Positions 35,503 to 47,401 are shown, counted from the stretch's first letter. The stretch is 64,000 bases of DNA from an uncultured Candidatus Rokubacteria bacterium (GCA_963762145.1 CAVXJS010000007.1:256001-320000), one strand, 5' to 3'. Numbers and translations: made by a program. Notes: generated by a model not told the origin, from the sequence alone.

Positions 35503-36027
35503 ATGAACGAGGAGCAGGCGCGCATTCGAGGGTATCTGGTGGCGCAGGGGACCAAGCTGGCGCCCGCGGCCATCGTGGAGAAGGTGCAGCAGGCGATGGC
35601 GGACCTGACCGCGGCCGCCACCGCGGTGCCCGCGGCGCGCTTCGGCGAGCGGCCCGCGCCCGAGGAGTGGAGCGGCAACGAGGTGATGGCCCACGTGCTG
35701 GCCGCCGACGGCTACTTCGCCGGCAGCATCGTGAGCGTGCTCGAGGGCGGGCCGCCGCTCCCGCGCTCGGGCGGCCGCGGGATCGAGGACGCGCCCGCGC
35801 GACCGGCCGTGGTATGGTGCCGCCTCCTCGCCGAGCAGCGCGGCCTCCTGTTCGCGAAGGTGCTCGCCGCCGATCCGGCCGCCAACCCCGACATGCGCAT
35901 CGAGCACCCGATGTTCGGCCCGCTCACCTGGCGGGAGACGCTGCTCTTCACGCGGCTGCACGATCTCGATCACGCCGGCCAGCTCCAGAAGATCGCGACG
36001 GCCCTCGCGGCGTCGCGCCCCGCCTGA
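35503..36027 (+). CDS. DinB-family protein
   Basis: RP..EEWS.NEVMAH, HPMFGPLTW, LHDLDH..QL. Confidence 0.85.
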   Translation: MNEEQARIRGYLVAQGTKLAPAAIVEKVQQAMADLTAAATAVPAARFGERPAPEEWSGNEVMAHVLAADGYFAGSIVSVLEGGPPLPRSGGRGIEDAPARPAVVWCRLLAEQRGLLFAKVLAADPAANPDMRIEHPMFGPLTWRETLLFTRLHDLDHAGQLQKIATALAASRPA

Positions 36028-37061
36028 TGCGCGTCTCGATCTCGCTGCGCCTGGCCCAGACCGACTGGGCGGAGGCGAGCGCCTACGTGACCGAGGCCGA
36101 GCGCCTCGGCGTGGACGACGTCTGGTCGGCGGAGGCCTGGGGCCACGACGGCGTCACCCCGCTCGCGTTCATGGCCGCGCGGACCTCCCGCATCCGCCTC
36201 GGCACCGGAATCTTGCAGGCGGGTACCCGCACGCCCGCCCTCCTGGCCATGACCGCGATGAGCATGCAGGGCATGTCCAACGGCCGCTTCCTGCTGGGCC
36301 TGGGCGTCAGCGGGCCCCAGGTGATCGAGGGCTGGCACGGCATCCGCTTCGACCGCCCGGTCCAGCGCATGCGGGAGACGGTGGAGATCGTCCGCCGCGC
36401 CATCCGGGGCGAGCGCCTCGAGTACAAGGGGAAGGTCTACGAGCTGCCCCTCCCGGGAGGCGAGGGCAAGGCCCTCCGCTCCGCCGCCCCGCCCCAGCCG
36501 AGCCTACCGATCTACCTGGCCACGCTCTCGCCGAAGAGCCTCGAGATGACGGGCGAGATCGCCGACGGCTGGCTCGGCACCTCGTTCATGCCCGAGCACG
36601 CGCACGTCTTCACCGACTCCCTGGCCGCCGGAGCGGCCCGCGCGGGCCGCTCGCTCGCCCAGCTCGACCTGCAGGCGGGCGGCTACGTGGCCTTCGGCGA
36701 CGACGTGGAGCGGCTGATCCCGCCGCGCAAGCCCGGCCTGGCCTTCAGCCTGGGCGCGATGGGCTCGCGCCAGCACAACTTCTACAACGACGCCTATCGC
36801 CGGGCGGGTTACGTGGACGCGGCCACCGAGGTGCAGCGCCTCTGGCTCGACGGCCGCCGCGAGGAGGCGACCGCGCGCGTGCCCGACGAGCTGGTGCTCC
36901 AGACCAACCTGCTCGGCACCGACGCGATGGTGCGCGCGCGTCTCGAGGCCTACCGGCGCGCCGGCGTGACCACGCTGCGGGTCGAGCCCGGCGGCGAGGG
37001 GCTCGTGGCCCGGCTCGCCACCCTGGGCCGGTTGCTGGACCTCGTTCGCGCCCTGCGATAG
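36027..37061 (+). CDS. LLM-class (luciferase-like) flavin/F420-dependent oxidoreductase
   Basis: VWSAEAWG.D, IRLGTGI, GRF.LGLGVSGPQVIEGWHG, GEIADGW. Confidence 0.9.
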   Translation: MRVSISLRLAQTDWAEASAYVTEAERLGVDDVWSAEAWGHDGVTPLAFMAARTSRIRLGTGILQAGTRTPALLAMTAMSMQGMSNGRFLLGLGVSGPQVIEGWHGIRFDRPVQRMRETVEIVRRAIRGERLEYKGKVYELPLPGGEGKALRSAAPPQPSLPIYLATLSPKSLEMTGEIADGWLGTSFMPEHAHVFTDSLAAGAARAGRSLAQLDLQAGGYVAFGDDVERLIPPRKPGLAFSLGAMGSRQHNFYNDAYRRAGYVDAATEVQRLWLDGRREEATARVPDELVLQTNLLGTDAMVRARLEAYRRAGVTTLRVEPGGEGLVARLATLGRLLDLVRALR

Positions 37062-37114
37062 CATGGCGGTCGGCCGAGCCGCACGATCAACGACGATGCC
37101 ACAGGAGCCCTGAC

Positions 37115-38289
<1,175 letters not shown>

Positions 38290-38293
<4 letters not shown>

Positions 38294-39430
38294 ACTTCGA
38301 CCTCACCGAGGAGCAGCAGCTCCTGGCCGACAGCCTCAAGCGGTACCTGGTCAACGAGTACTCGATCGACACGCGGGCCAAGATCGTGGATTCGCCGACC
38401 GGCTGGAGCGAGAAGGTGTGGGCGGCCTTCGCCGAGATGGGACTGCTCGGCGTGCCCTTCGCGGAGGAGCACGGCGGCTTCGGCGGCACCGCGGTGGACG
38501 TGATGCTGGTCATGGAGGCGCTCGGCGAGGGCCTCGTGGTCGAGCCCTACTGGGTCAACGTGGGGCTGGGCGGCCGCCTGATCGCCCGCGGCGGCTCGGA
38601 TGCCCAGCAGAAGCGCATCCTGCCCGAGCTCATCCAGGGCAAGCACCGCCTGGCCTTCGCCCACACCGAGCGCTCCGCGCGCTACGATCTCGCCCACGTC
38701 GGCACGCGGGCCAAGCGCAGCGGGGGCGGCTACACGCTGAACGGCGAGAAGCGCGCGGTGCTCCACGGCGGCTCCGCCGACACCCTGATCGTCTCCGCGC
38801 GCACGGCGGGAGGCGACACCGACGCCTCCGGGATCGGCCTGTTCCTGGTGGACCGCGGGCGCGAAGGGCGTGACCCTCAAGGAGTACCGCACGATCGACG
38901 AGCTGCGCGCCGCCGACGTCTGGCTCGCCGACGTGACCGTCCCCGCCGACGCGCTCCTGGGCGAGGAGGGTCGCGGGCTGCCGCTGATCGAGGACGCGGC
39001 CGACTACGCCACCGCGCTGCTCTGCGCGGAGGCGGTGGGCGCCATCCGCTACGCCAACGAGGCCACGCTCGAGTACCTGAAGACGCGCCGGCAGTTCGGG
39101 GTGCCGATCGGCAGCTTCCAGGCGCTCCAGCATCGCATGGTGGACATGGTGATCAGCTACGAGCAGGCGCGGTCCATGGCGTGCCTGGCGTGCGTGAAGG
39201 TCGACAGCGCGCCGCCCGAGGAGCGGGCCCACACGGTCTCGGCGGCCAAGATCAAGGTGGCGGACGCCTGCCGGCACGTCAGCCAGGAGGCGGTCCAGCT
39301 CCACGGCGGCATGGGTATGACCGAGGAGCTCAAGATCAGCCACACCTTCCGGCGGCTGACCATGATCGGCCAGCTCTTCGGCGACGCCGAGCACCACCTG
39401 GAGCGCTTCGCGGCCAGCGAGAGTCGTTGA
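38290..39430 (+). CDS. Acyl-CoA dehydrogenase, PimD-like small subunit (frameshift near 38860)
   Basis: MNFDLTEEQ, EHGGFGG, R.QFG.PIGSFQALQHR, QLHGGMGMTEE. Confidence 0.9.
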
Positions 39431-39437
39431 GCAAAAG

Positions 39438-39467
39438 TTGACTCGCCGCGCGAGTTCCGCCCATAGT
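39438..39467 (+). promoter_or_regulatory. Putative sigma70 promoter (leaderless)
   Basis: TTGACT-N18-CATAGT, 8 nt before ATG 39476. Confidence 0.5.
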
Positions 39468-39475
39468 CAGGGCGT

Positions 39476-40585
39476 ATGGACGGGCAGGAATCCGCGGAGA
39501 GGCCTTCGTTCTTCCGCAAGCCCTCGGCCGCCGGGAGTCCCGCCCCCCGCGCGCCCCTAGCGCCGCCGCCCCCACCGCCGACCGGACCGCCGCCGTCGGC
39601 GGCCCCGCCACCCCCGGCGCCGCTCACCCCGGGCGCCCCCGAGAGCACGCTGCGCCGGCCGACCTTCCACGGCACGGGGGGCACGCTCTTCGGGATCCAC
39701 GTGGTCAACACGCTGCTGACGATCGTCACGCTCGGGATCTACTACTTCTGGGCCAAGACACGCCTGCGGGGGTACCTCTTCAGCCAGACCGAGATCGAGG
39801 GCGATCGCTTCGCGTACCACGGCACGGCCCGGGAGCTGCTCCTGGGCACGCTGAAGGCGGTGCTCGTGTTCGGGGTGCCGATCTATCTGCTCAACCTCGT
39901 CCGCGACGTGCTGGACGTGCCGGTCCTCGTCAAGGCCGCGGCGGGGATACTGTCGGCCGTCCTGTTCTTCGTGCTCTTCCCGGTCGCGATGGTGGGAGCC
40001 CGGCGCTACCGGCTCGGCCGGACCTCGTGGCGTGGCATCCGCTTCTCGTTTCGCGGGCGCGCGTGGGACATGGTGAAGATCTTCATCGTGGGCAGCTTCT
40101 TCACCGGGCTCACCTTCGGCCTCTACTACCCCTTCTTCCTGGTCGCCCGGCAGGGGTTCATGGTCTCGCACTCCTACTTCGGGAGCGAGCGGTTCGACTT
40201 CTCGGGCCGCGGGTGGGACCTGTTCTGGCCCTACGTGAAGGCGATCCTGCTCACGCTGCCGACCCTCGGGCTGTGCTGGGTGTGGTACGTCGCGCGCAAG
40301 CGCCGCTACTTCTGGGACCGCACCACCCTCGGCCTCGCGCGCTTCGCCTGCTCCGTGACCGGCGGCCGCCTTCTCGGCCTCTGGGTGGTGAACGTGCTCC
40401 TGCTCGTGGCCACGCTCGGCCTCGCGTGGCCCTGGGTGCGCGTGCGGAACATCCACTTCGCCTTCCGCAACCTGGCGCTGATGGGCCCCGTCGATCTCGG
40501 GCGCATCCAGCAGGAGGCGCAGCACGTCTCCACCATGGGCGAGGGACTCTCCGGCTTCTTCGACTCCGGTTTCGATCTGGCCTGA
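39476..40585 (+). CDS. DUF898 (YjgN-like) membrane protein with Pro-rich N-terminus
   Basis: FHGTGG.LF, TLGIY.FWAK, F.YHGT..EL, T.WRGIRF.F.G, repeated TLGL..PW. Confidence 0.85.
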   Translation: MDGQESAERPSFFRKPSAAGSPAPRAPLAPPPPPPTGPPPSAAPPPPAPLTPGAPESTLRRPTFHGTGGTLFGIHVVNTLLTIVTLGIYYFWAKTRLRGYLFSQTEIEGDRFAYHGTARELLLGTLKAVLVFGVPIYLLNLVRDVLDVPVLVKAAAGILSAVLFFVLFPVAMVGARRYRLGRTSWRGIRFSFRGRAWDMVKIFIVGSFFTGLTFGLYYPFFLVARQGFMVSHSYFGSERFDFSGRGWDLFWPYVKAILLTLPTLGLCWVWYVARKRRYFWDRTTLGLARFACSVTGGRLLGLWVVNVLLLVATLGLAWPWVRVRNIHFAFRNLALMGPVDLGRIQQEAQHVSTMGEGLSGFFDSGFDLA

Positions 40586-40607
40586 GCCGCGTGCCGCACT
40601 CGTCCTG

Positions 40608-41704
40608 ATGCGCACCGACTGGCAGGGCAGCTACCTGGACGGACGTACCGCGGCGCGCCAGGCGGCGACCGTCCGGCTCATGCGCGAGGGCCTCGAGATC
40701 ACGACCGCGGCGGGCGGGACGCGTCTCTGGCCCTACCGCGAGCTGCGCCAGACGCAGGGCGCCTACGCGGGGGAGGAGGTCCGGCTCGAGCGGGGCGGGG
40801 AGCTTCCCGAGACGCTGCTGGTGTCCGACGCCGCGTTCCTCCAGAGCCTGCACGAGGCCGCCCCCCACGTCGGGGCGCGCTTCCACGACCCCCGCCGGCG
40901 CGCCGCGCGCCGGCGCTGGACCATCGTGGCGGCGGGCGGCGTGGTCGTGGCCACCGCCGCGATCTATCTCTGGGGCATTCCCTTGCTGGCCGGGCTCGTC
41001 ACCCCGTACGTCCCGGTGGCCTGGGAGGAGGCCCTGGGTCGGTCCGCGATGACGTATCTGGCCCCGCCCCCGCAGCGCTGCGGCGACCCGGCGCTGGGCG
41101 CGGCGATGGACGCGGTCGTGGCGCGGCTCCTGTCCGCGGGGCCGCCGTCACCCTACACGATGCGGGTCTACGTGGTGAACCGGCCGGTGGTGAACGCCCT
41201 CGCCGCGCCCGGCGGCCACGTGGTGATCTTCCACGGCCTGCTCGAGCGGACGGGCACGCCGGAGGAGCTGGCGGGCGTGATGGCCCACGAGCTCCAGCAC
41301 GTCCTGCGCCGCCACACCACGCGTGCGGTGATCCAGGACGTGGGTACCGGGCTCCTGCTGATGGCGCTGACCGGCGACGTGACCGGGCCGCTCGCGTATG
41401 GGCTGCAGACCGCCCGCGCGCTCGGCGAGCTGCGCTACTCGCGGCGCAACGAGGAGGACGCCGACGTCGAGGGGATGAGGATGCTGCTGGCCGCGCGCGT
41501 CGACCCCGCGGGCCTGATCACCTTCTTCGAGAAGATGGAGAAGGAGGAGGACGCCCAGCCCAAGGCCCTCACGTATCTCTCCTCGCACCCGATGCCGGCC
41601 GAGCGCATCGCCCGCCTCACGGTCCCTGGCCGCTACCGGGAAGCGGCCCGTCCGAGCCCGTCCTGCCGGGCGAAGACTGGCCGGCCCTGACCAAACGCTG
41701 CTAG
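40608..41704 (+). CDS. M48-family zinc metallopeptidase (frameshift near C-terminus)
   Basis: VNALAAPGG, ELAGVMAHELQH (HExxH), YSR..E..AD, YLSSHP; alternative frame ends EDWPALTKRC*. Confidence 0.88.
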
Positions 41705-41722
41705 GCCGGGGTCTGCTAGGCC

Positions 41723-41806
41723 GGGGTCAGGTCTTGAATTACGACATTTCCACCCTGTCCGTCCGTCCCGTCCGCGTGCGAATGTCGTAATTCAAGACCT
41801 GACCCC
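41723..41806. repeat. Palindromic element family A, copy 3, between convergent genes
   Basis: Perfect 26-bp arms at 41723-41748 and 41781-41806; (GTCC)-rich spacer. Confidence 0.95.
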
Positions 41807-43434
41807 TATTTCGGCGTCCAGGTCTTGAAGCGCTCGCGGAGGACCTTCTTGTCGAACTTCCCGACGCTGGTCTTGGGGACCGCCTCGATGAAGACGACCT
41901 CGTCAGGGAGCCACCACTTGGCCACGCGGGGCCTCAGGTACTCCATGATCTCGGCCGCGGTCAGCGCGTTCTTCCACTCGGGCTTGGGCACGATGCAGGC
42001 CAGCGGCCGCTCGACCCAGCGCTCGTGCGGCACCGCGATGACCGCGGCCTCGAGCACCTTGGGGTGGCCCATGATGGTGGTCTCCATGTCCACGCTCGAG
42101 ATCCACTCTCCGCCCGACTTGATCAGGTCCTTGGTGCGATCGGTGATCTGGATGTAGCCGTCGGGGTCGAGCGAGGCCACGTCGCCGGTGCGGAACCAGC
42201 CGTCCTCGGTGAACTGGGCCGCGCCCTCGGCGTTGTCGTAGTAGCCGCTGGTCACCCACGGCCCGCGCACCTGGATCTCCCCGGCGCTCTTGCCGTCCCA
42301 CGGCAGGACCGTGCCCGCGTCGTCCACGATCCTCATGTCCACGCCCGCCACCGGGGCGCCCTGCTTGGCCCGGATCGCGTAGCGCTCGTCCTCGGGCAGC
42401 GCGTCCATGTAGGAGCGCGGCCGGCACACGCTGCCGAGCGGGGTCATCTCGGTCATGCCCCAGGCGTGGAGCATGTAGGCGCCGTACTTCTTGTCGAACA
42501 GCTCGATCAGGCTCCGGGGCGCCGCCGATCCCCCGATGGGGATGCAGCGGATCGAGGAGATGTCCCACTGCGGCTCCTTCTCGAGGATGGCCTGGATCGC
42601 GATCCACACCGTGGGCACCGCCCCCACCAGGGTGACCTTCTCGTGGTGGACGATCTCGATGATGTCGCGCGGCTGCGGGTTGGGCCCGCCGAAGATCTGG
42701 GTGGACCCGTTCATGACGCCCGCGAACGGGACGCACCACGCGTTCGCGTGGAACATGGGCACGATGTGAAGGATCACGTCGCGCTCGCAGATTCCGAGCA
42801 CGTCCACCGTGGACGAGGCGAAGCAGTGCAGGTAGATGGCGCGGTGGGTGTAGAGCACGCCCTTGGGATGCCCGGTGGTCCCGGAGGTGTAGCAGATGCC
42901 GGCCGCGTCGGTCTCCTCGATGCGCGGCCATTCGGTGACCGGGGCGGTGCCCATCACGAGCTGCTCGTAGTCCAGCGCGCCCGGCGGCAGGGTGGCGTCC
43001 GGGGTGTCCTTCATGACGATCACGTGCTTGACGGTGGTGAGGTCCTTCCGGATCGGCTCGAGGATGTGCCAGAGGCTCGCGTCGACGATCAGCACCTCGT
43101 CGCCCGCGTGATTGACGATGTAGGTGATGTCCTGGGCGGAGAGCCGGATGTTCACGGTGTGGAGCACCATGCCCATCAGCGGGGCCGCGAGGTACACCTC
43201 CATGTGCCGGTGCGAGTTCCACGCGAAGGTCCCGACGCGGGCGCCCTTGGCCAGGCCGAGCCCCCGCAGCGCGCCGGCCAGCCGGCAGACGCGGTCCGCG
43301 TAGTCGCCGTAGGTGTAGCGCACGAGCCCCACCCCGGGCACCCGCGTGGCCATGGTCTTCCGGTGGAAGAGCCGCCGCGTGCGCTCGAAGAACTGGGTGA
43401 GCGTCAGCGGATAATCCATCATCAGGCCTCTCAT
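41806..43434 (-). CDS. Medium/long-chain acyl-CoA ligase (AlkK/DmdB-like)
   Basis: MMDYPLT, CYTSGTTGHPKG, PMFHANAW, AWGMTE, DR.KD.IKSGGEWISS, PKTSVGKFDK; SD GGAGGA. Confidence 0.93.
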   Translation of the reverse strand: MRGLMMDYPLTLTQFFERTRRLFHRKTMATRVPGVGLVRYTYGDYADRVCRLAGALRGLGLAKGARVGTFAWNSHRHMEVYLAAPLMGMVLHTVNIRLSAQDITYIVNHAGDEVLIVDASLWHILEPIRKDLTTVKHVIVMKDTPDATLPPGALDYEQLVMGTAPVTEWPRIEETDAAGICYTSGTTGHPKGVLYTHRAIYLHCFASSTVDVLGICERDVILHIVPMFHANAWCVPFAGVMNGSTQIFGGPNPQPRDIIEIVHHEKVTLVGAVPTVWIAIQAILEKEPQWDISSIRCIPIGGSAAPRSLIELFDKKYGAYMLHAWGMTEMTPLGSVCRPRSYMDALPEDERYAIRAKQGAPVAGVDMRIVDDAGTVLPWDGKSAGEIQVRGPWVTSGYYDNAEGAAQFTEDGWFRTGDVASLDPDGYIQITDRTKDLIKSGGEWISSVDMETTIMGHPKVLEAAVIAVPHERWVERPLACIVPKPEWKNALTAAEIMEYLRPRVAKWWLPDEVVFIEAVPKTSVGKFDKKVLRERFKTWTPK

Positions 43435-43438
43435 CGCG

Positions 43439-44329
43439 TCAATATCCTCCCAGGTCCTCCGAGGTCGCGCAGCGGAAGCCGACGTGGTGATGGCCACGGG
43501 CCAGGCCGCGGTGGGGTCCATCATACGAGTAGAAGCGCCGGATCGTCACCCGCAACGTCTCCGGGGGATCGTCGTGGCTGGCACCCCGGACCACGCGCGC
43601 GGCGCGAGGTCCGGCGGTCTCGCGGCCGTCGTCCGGACGGTAGGGGTAGGGGCGGTACTCGGAGGCCGTCCACTCCCGGAGGTTGCCCAGGAGGTCCTGG
43701 ACCCCGGTTGGCCCGGCGCCCGCGGGCCGGCCATCCGTCGGCCCGGTCGCGTTGTAGGGCCGCGCGAACACCGCGTGCTCGGGCCCGGGCGGAGTGTCGC
43801 CCCAGGGATACCGGCGCCGGTCGGGCCCGCGGGCCGCCTTCTCCCACTCGGCCTCGGTGGGCAGCCGCTTGCCCCGCCAGAGGCAGTAGTCGCGGGCGCC
43901 GTACCAGGAGACCTCCACCGCCGGGTGGTCCTCGAAGCCGGGATCGGCGGTGAAGCGGCCGTCGCGCCGATGGATGCGGGCGTCCGGGTCGCCCGCGTCG
44001 AAGTAGTCCGCGCCCTCGGCGCTCCGGAGGCCGCGCGCCTCGAGGAAGAGCGCGACCTCCCGGTTCGTGACCTTGTGGCGGTCGAGCCAGAAGGCCCGGA
44101 GGAAGACGCGGTGGAGGGGGCCCTCGTCGGAGGCGCCGTCGTCGCTCCCCATCCAGAACGCACCGGCCTGGATGAGCATGATCCCGTCCCCGCGGGCGGC
44201 GCGCGGCCCCGGCCCAAGCCAATGCTCGTGCTCCACGCATGTGAGGATCAGCGCCGCGCCCAGCACGAGACCTCGCCGCGTCCACGCGGTCACGCGCTCA
44301 CGATAGGAGGCGGGCGCGGGCGGTGTCAA
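43439..44329 (-). CDS. Formylglycine-generating-enzyme (SUMF1/EgtB/PvdO) family protein; start uncertain
   Basis: F.MGS, P.H.V.L..F..D...VTN, VSWY.A..YC, RLPTEAEWEKAARG, GN..EW, GFRCA. Confidence 0.88.
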   Translation of the reverse strand: MTPPAPASYRERVTAWTRRGLVLGAALILTCVEHEHWLGPGPRAARGDGIMLIQAGAFWMGSDDGASDEGPLHRVFLRAFWLDRHKVTNREVALFLEARGLRSAEGADYFDAGDPDARIHRRDGRFTADPGFEDHPAVEVSWYGARDYCLWRGKRLPTEAEWEKAARGPDRRRYPWGDTPPGPEHAVFARPYNATGPTDGRPAGAGPTGVQDLLGNLREWTASEYRPYPYRPDDGRETAGPRAARVVRGASHDDPPETLRVTIRRFYSYDGPHRGLARGHHHVGFRCATSEDLGGY

Positions 44330-44376
44330 CGTGGCCAGGTGATTTGGCAGGAAGATTCGGGTATGGTGAGGGCGCC

Positions 44377-46437
44377 ATGAACTCCCGCTGGAGCGATTCC
44401 GACGCGCAGGGCAAGAACGATCTCGATCTCCTCGTCTACGCCTCCCGCCTGATCGGCGCCGAGACCACCCTGGTGGTGTGGGGCGGCGGCAACACGTCGG
44501 TGAAGCGGGACGAGCGCGATCACCGCAACCGGCCGACGCGCGTGCTGCGCGTGAAGGGCAGCGGCTCCGATCTCAAGAGCATCGCGACGAAGGACTTTCC
44601 CGGCGTGCGCATGGACGACGTGCTGGCCCTGCTCGAGCGGCAGGACATGGGCGACCAGGAGATGGTCGACTACCTCGCCCACGCCCTGCAGGAGGCCGCG
44701 AGCCCGCGCCCGTCCATCGAGACCCTGCTGCACGGCTTCCTGCCCGCGACCGCGGTGATCCACACGCACGCCGACGCGGTGGTCTCGCTCACCAACAACG
44801 ACCGCAGCCACGACGTCCTGCGCGAGGTCTACGGCGACGAGGTGATCCCGCTCTCCTACCGGCGCCCCGGGTTTCTCATCTCCCGGGAAGTCGCGCAGAC
44901 CTTCGAGGCGCATCCGACGGCGCGCGCGCTGCTGCTCGAGAAGCACGGGACGATCTGCTGGGGGGCTACCGTGAAGGAAGCCTACCTGGCCACGATCGAG
45001 CTGATCAGTCGCGCGGAGGAGGCGATCGCCCATCGCGCCCGCGGCCGGGCGCGCTTCGGCGGGGTCGCGCTCGCGAGCCCGCCCGCGGAGGAGCGGCGGC
45101 GCGTGGCCCTCGCGGTGGCGCCCCATCTGCGCGGGCTGGTCGGGCGCGACCGGCGCCAGGTCCTCTTCTTCGACGACGCGCCGGACGTGCTGGAGTTCGC
45201 GGCCTCGCGCGAGGCGGAGGCGCTCTGTCAGATTGGCCCCGCGACGCCGGACCACACGATCTTCACCAAGCGCCTGCCGTGCTTCGCGCCGGTCGAGAAC
45301 CCGGCGGATCCCGAGTCGGTCCGCGCCGGGGTGACGAGGGCGGTGGAGCGTTTCGTGGCCGACTACACCGCCTACTTCGAGGCGCACAACACCGGGGGCG
45401 CCCGACTAACGGATCCCTTTCCTCGAGTGATCGTGGTGGGCGGGCTCGGACTGTTCGCCACCGGCAAGGACCGGCGCACCGCCGGGATCGTCGACGACAT
45501 CTACCACCACACGATCTCGGTCCTGGGCGCGGCGACCGCCTTCGGCGGCTACGTGTCTCTCAGCGCGAGGGACGCGTTCGACGTCGAGTACTGGCCGCTC
45601 GAGCTCTACAAGCTCGCGCTGGCCCCGCCCGAGAAGGAGCTGGCCCGTCGCATCGCCCTGGTCACCGGCGGCGCCAGCGGCATCGGCCGCGCCGCGGCGC
45701 AGCGGCTGGCCGCCGAGGGCGCGCACGTGGTGGTGGCGGATCTGGACGCGGCGGGCGCGCGCAAGGCGGCCGAGGAGATCGTGGGCGCGGTGGGCGCGGG
45801 CCGTGCGGTGGGGCTCGGGATGGACGTGACCGGCGAGGCCTCGGTGCGGGCCGCCTTCGAGGCCGCGGTGCTGACCTACGGGGGCGTGGACATCGTGGTC
45901 TCCAACGCGGGCACCGCGCACTCCTCGCCGGTGGATCGGATGGATCTCGCGGACTGGGAGCGCTCCTTCGCGGTGAACTCCACCGGCCACTTCCTGGTTG
46001 CGCGCGAAGGGATGCGGGTGCTCAAGGCCCAGGGGCTGGGCGGCGCCTTCGTCTTCGTGGCCACCAAGAACGTCATGTCGCCCGGCAAGGACTTCTCGGC
46101 CTACTCCGCGTCCAAGGCCGCCGAGGCCCAGCTCGCCAAGGTCCTGGCGCTGGAAGGCGGGCCCCACGGCATCCGGTCGAACATCGTCAACCCGGACGCC
46201 GTCTTCCGCGATTCCAAGCTCTGGTCGGAGGACGTGCGGCGGGAGCGCGCGCGGGCGCAGGGCATCTCGGTGGACGACCTCGAGGACTTCTATCGCAAGC
46301 GCAACATCCTCGCCCGGCCGATCCTGCCCGAGGACGTCGCGGAGGCGGTGCTCTTCCTGGCTTCCGACCGCTCGGCCAAGACCACGGGCTGCACGATCAC
46401 GGTGGACGGCGGCGTCAAGGATGCCTTCCCCCGCTAG
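44377..46437 (+). CDS. Bifunctional class II aldolase (rhamnulose-1-phosphate-type)/short-chain dehydrogenase
   Basis: GGGNTS.K, KGSGSDL, PSIETLLH, HTHAD, TPDH, EYWPLE; SDR motifs TGGASGIG and YSASKAA. Confidence 0.92.
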   Translation: MNSRWSDSDAQGKNDLDLLVYASRLIGAETTLVVWGGGNTSVKRDERDHRNRPTRVLRVKGSGSDLKSIATKDFPGVRMDDVLALLERQDMGDQEMVDYLAHALQEAASPRPSIETLLHGFLPATAVIHTHADAVVSLTNNDRSHDVLREVYGDEVIPLSYRRPGFLISREVAQTFEAHPTARALLLEKHGTICWGATVKEAYLATIELISRAEEAIAHRARGRARFGGVALASPPAEERRRVALAVAPHLRGLVGRDRRQVLFFDDAPDVLEFAASREAEALCQIGPATPDHTIFTKRLPCFAPVENPADPESVRAGVTRAVERFVADYTAYFEAHNTGGARLTDPFPRVIVVGGLGLFATGKDRRTAGIVDDIYHHTISVLGAATAFGGYVSLSARDAFDVEYWPLELYKLALAPPEKELARRIALVTGGASGIGRAAAQRLAAEGAHVVVADLDAAGARKAAEEIVGAVGAGRAVGLGMDVTGEASVRAAFEAAVLTYGGVDIVVSNAGTAHSSPVDRMDLADWERSFAVNSTGHFLVAREGMRVLKAQGLGGAFVFVATKNVMSPGKDFSAYSASKAAEAQLAKVLALEGGPHGIRSNIVNPDAVFRDSKLWSEDVRRERARAQGISVDDLEDFYRKRNILARPILPEDVAEAVLFLASDRSAKTTGCTITVDGGVKDAFPR

Positions 46438-46441
46438 GGTC

Positions 46442-47401
46442 ATGAATCCGCTCGCCTCGCCTTCGGCTACAGCTCGCAAAGCCACATTCGGGGCGTTCCT
46501 GTCCCTCCATCCGCCCGAGGAGCAGCTCGCGCTGGCCCGGCGCTGCGAGGAGCTGGGGCTCGACTCGCTGTGGACGGGCGATCACGTCTCCTTCCACGGC
46601 CCGATCTACGAGTCGCTGACCCTGCTGGCCGCGTACGCCGGGATCACGACGCGGATCAAGCTGGGCAGCGGCGTGTACCTGCTCGCCCTGCGCCAGCCGT
46701 CGGTCGTGGCCAAGATCACCTCCACGCTCGACGTGCTCTGCGGGGGTCGCCTGATCTTCGGGGTCGGGGTGGGCGGCGAGAACCCGAAGGAGTTCGAGGC
46801 CTGCGGGATTCCCCACCGCGAGCGCGGGGCGCGCGTCACCGAGGGCATCGACGTGGTGCGGACGCTGTGGCGGGACACGCCCGCCTCGTTCAAGGGGCGC
46901 TTCACGGAGTTCGAGGGGGTGAGCATCGACCCGAAGCCGGTGCAGCGACCGGGGCCGCCGATCTGGGTGGGCGGGCGCTCCGACGCGGCGCTCAAGCGGG
47001 CCGGACGGCAGGGCGACGGCTGGGTGTCCTATGTCGTCCAGCCCGAGCGCTATGCCCAGAGCCTGGCCAAGATCCGGGAGGCCGCCGAGCAGGCGGGCCG
47101 CCACCTGGACCGCTTCGTGGCCGCGCACCTGACGTTCGTCACGGTGGGCCGCGACTACGAGAGCGCCGAGCGGACCTGGGTGCGGATCCTGTCGCGGCGC
47201 TACGCGCAGGACTTCGGCCCGCTCGCCCGCAAGTACGGGGTGATCGGCACGCCCGAGCAGTGCGCCGAGCAGATGGAGCGCTTCGCGCGCGCCGGCTGCC
47301 ACTACTTCGTGATGAATCCGATCTGCGATCCCCCGGACGAGCGGGAGCAGCTCGAGACCATCGCGAGCGAGGTGATCCCGCGCGCGCAGACGGTGGCATG
47401 A
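46442..47401 (+). CDS. LLM-class flavin-dependent oxidoreductase
   Basis: DSLWTGDH, LD...GGRL..GVGVGGE...EF, PP.WVGG.S.AA..RA...GDGW. Confidence 0.9.
   Translation: MNPLASPSATARKATFGAFLSLHPPEEQLALARRCEELGLDSLWTGDHVSFHGPIYESLTLLAAYAGITTRIKLGSGVYLLALRQPSVVAKITSTLDVLCGGRLIFGVGVGGENPKEFEACGIPHRERGARVTEGIDVVRTLWRDTPASFKGRFTEFEGVSIDPKPVQRPGPPIWVGGRSDAALKRAGRQGDGWVSYVVQPERYAQSLAKIREAAEQAGRHLDRFVAAHLTFVTVGRDYESAERTWVRILSRRYAQDFGPLARKYGVIGTPEQCAEQMERFARAGCHYFVMNPICDPPDEREQLETIASEVIPRAQTVA

Noticed and set aside
43439-44329. DGR target or active formylglycine-generating enzyme
   Set aside because: No reverse transcriptase or template repeat in the window; the catalytic Cys pair of true FGE is absent
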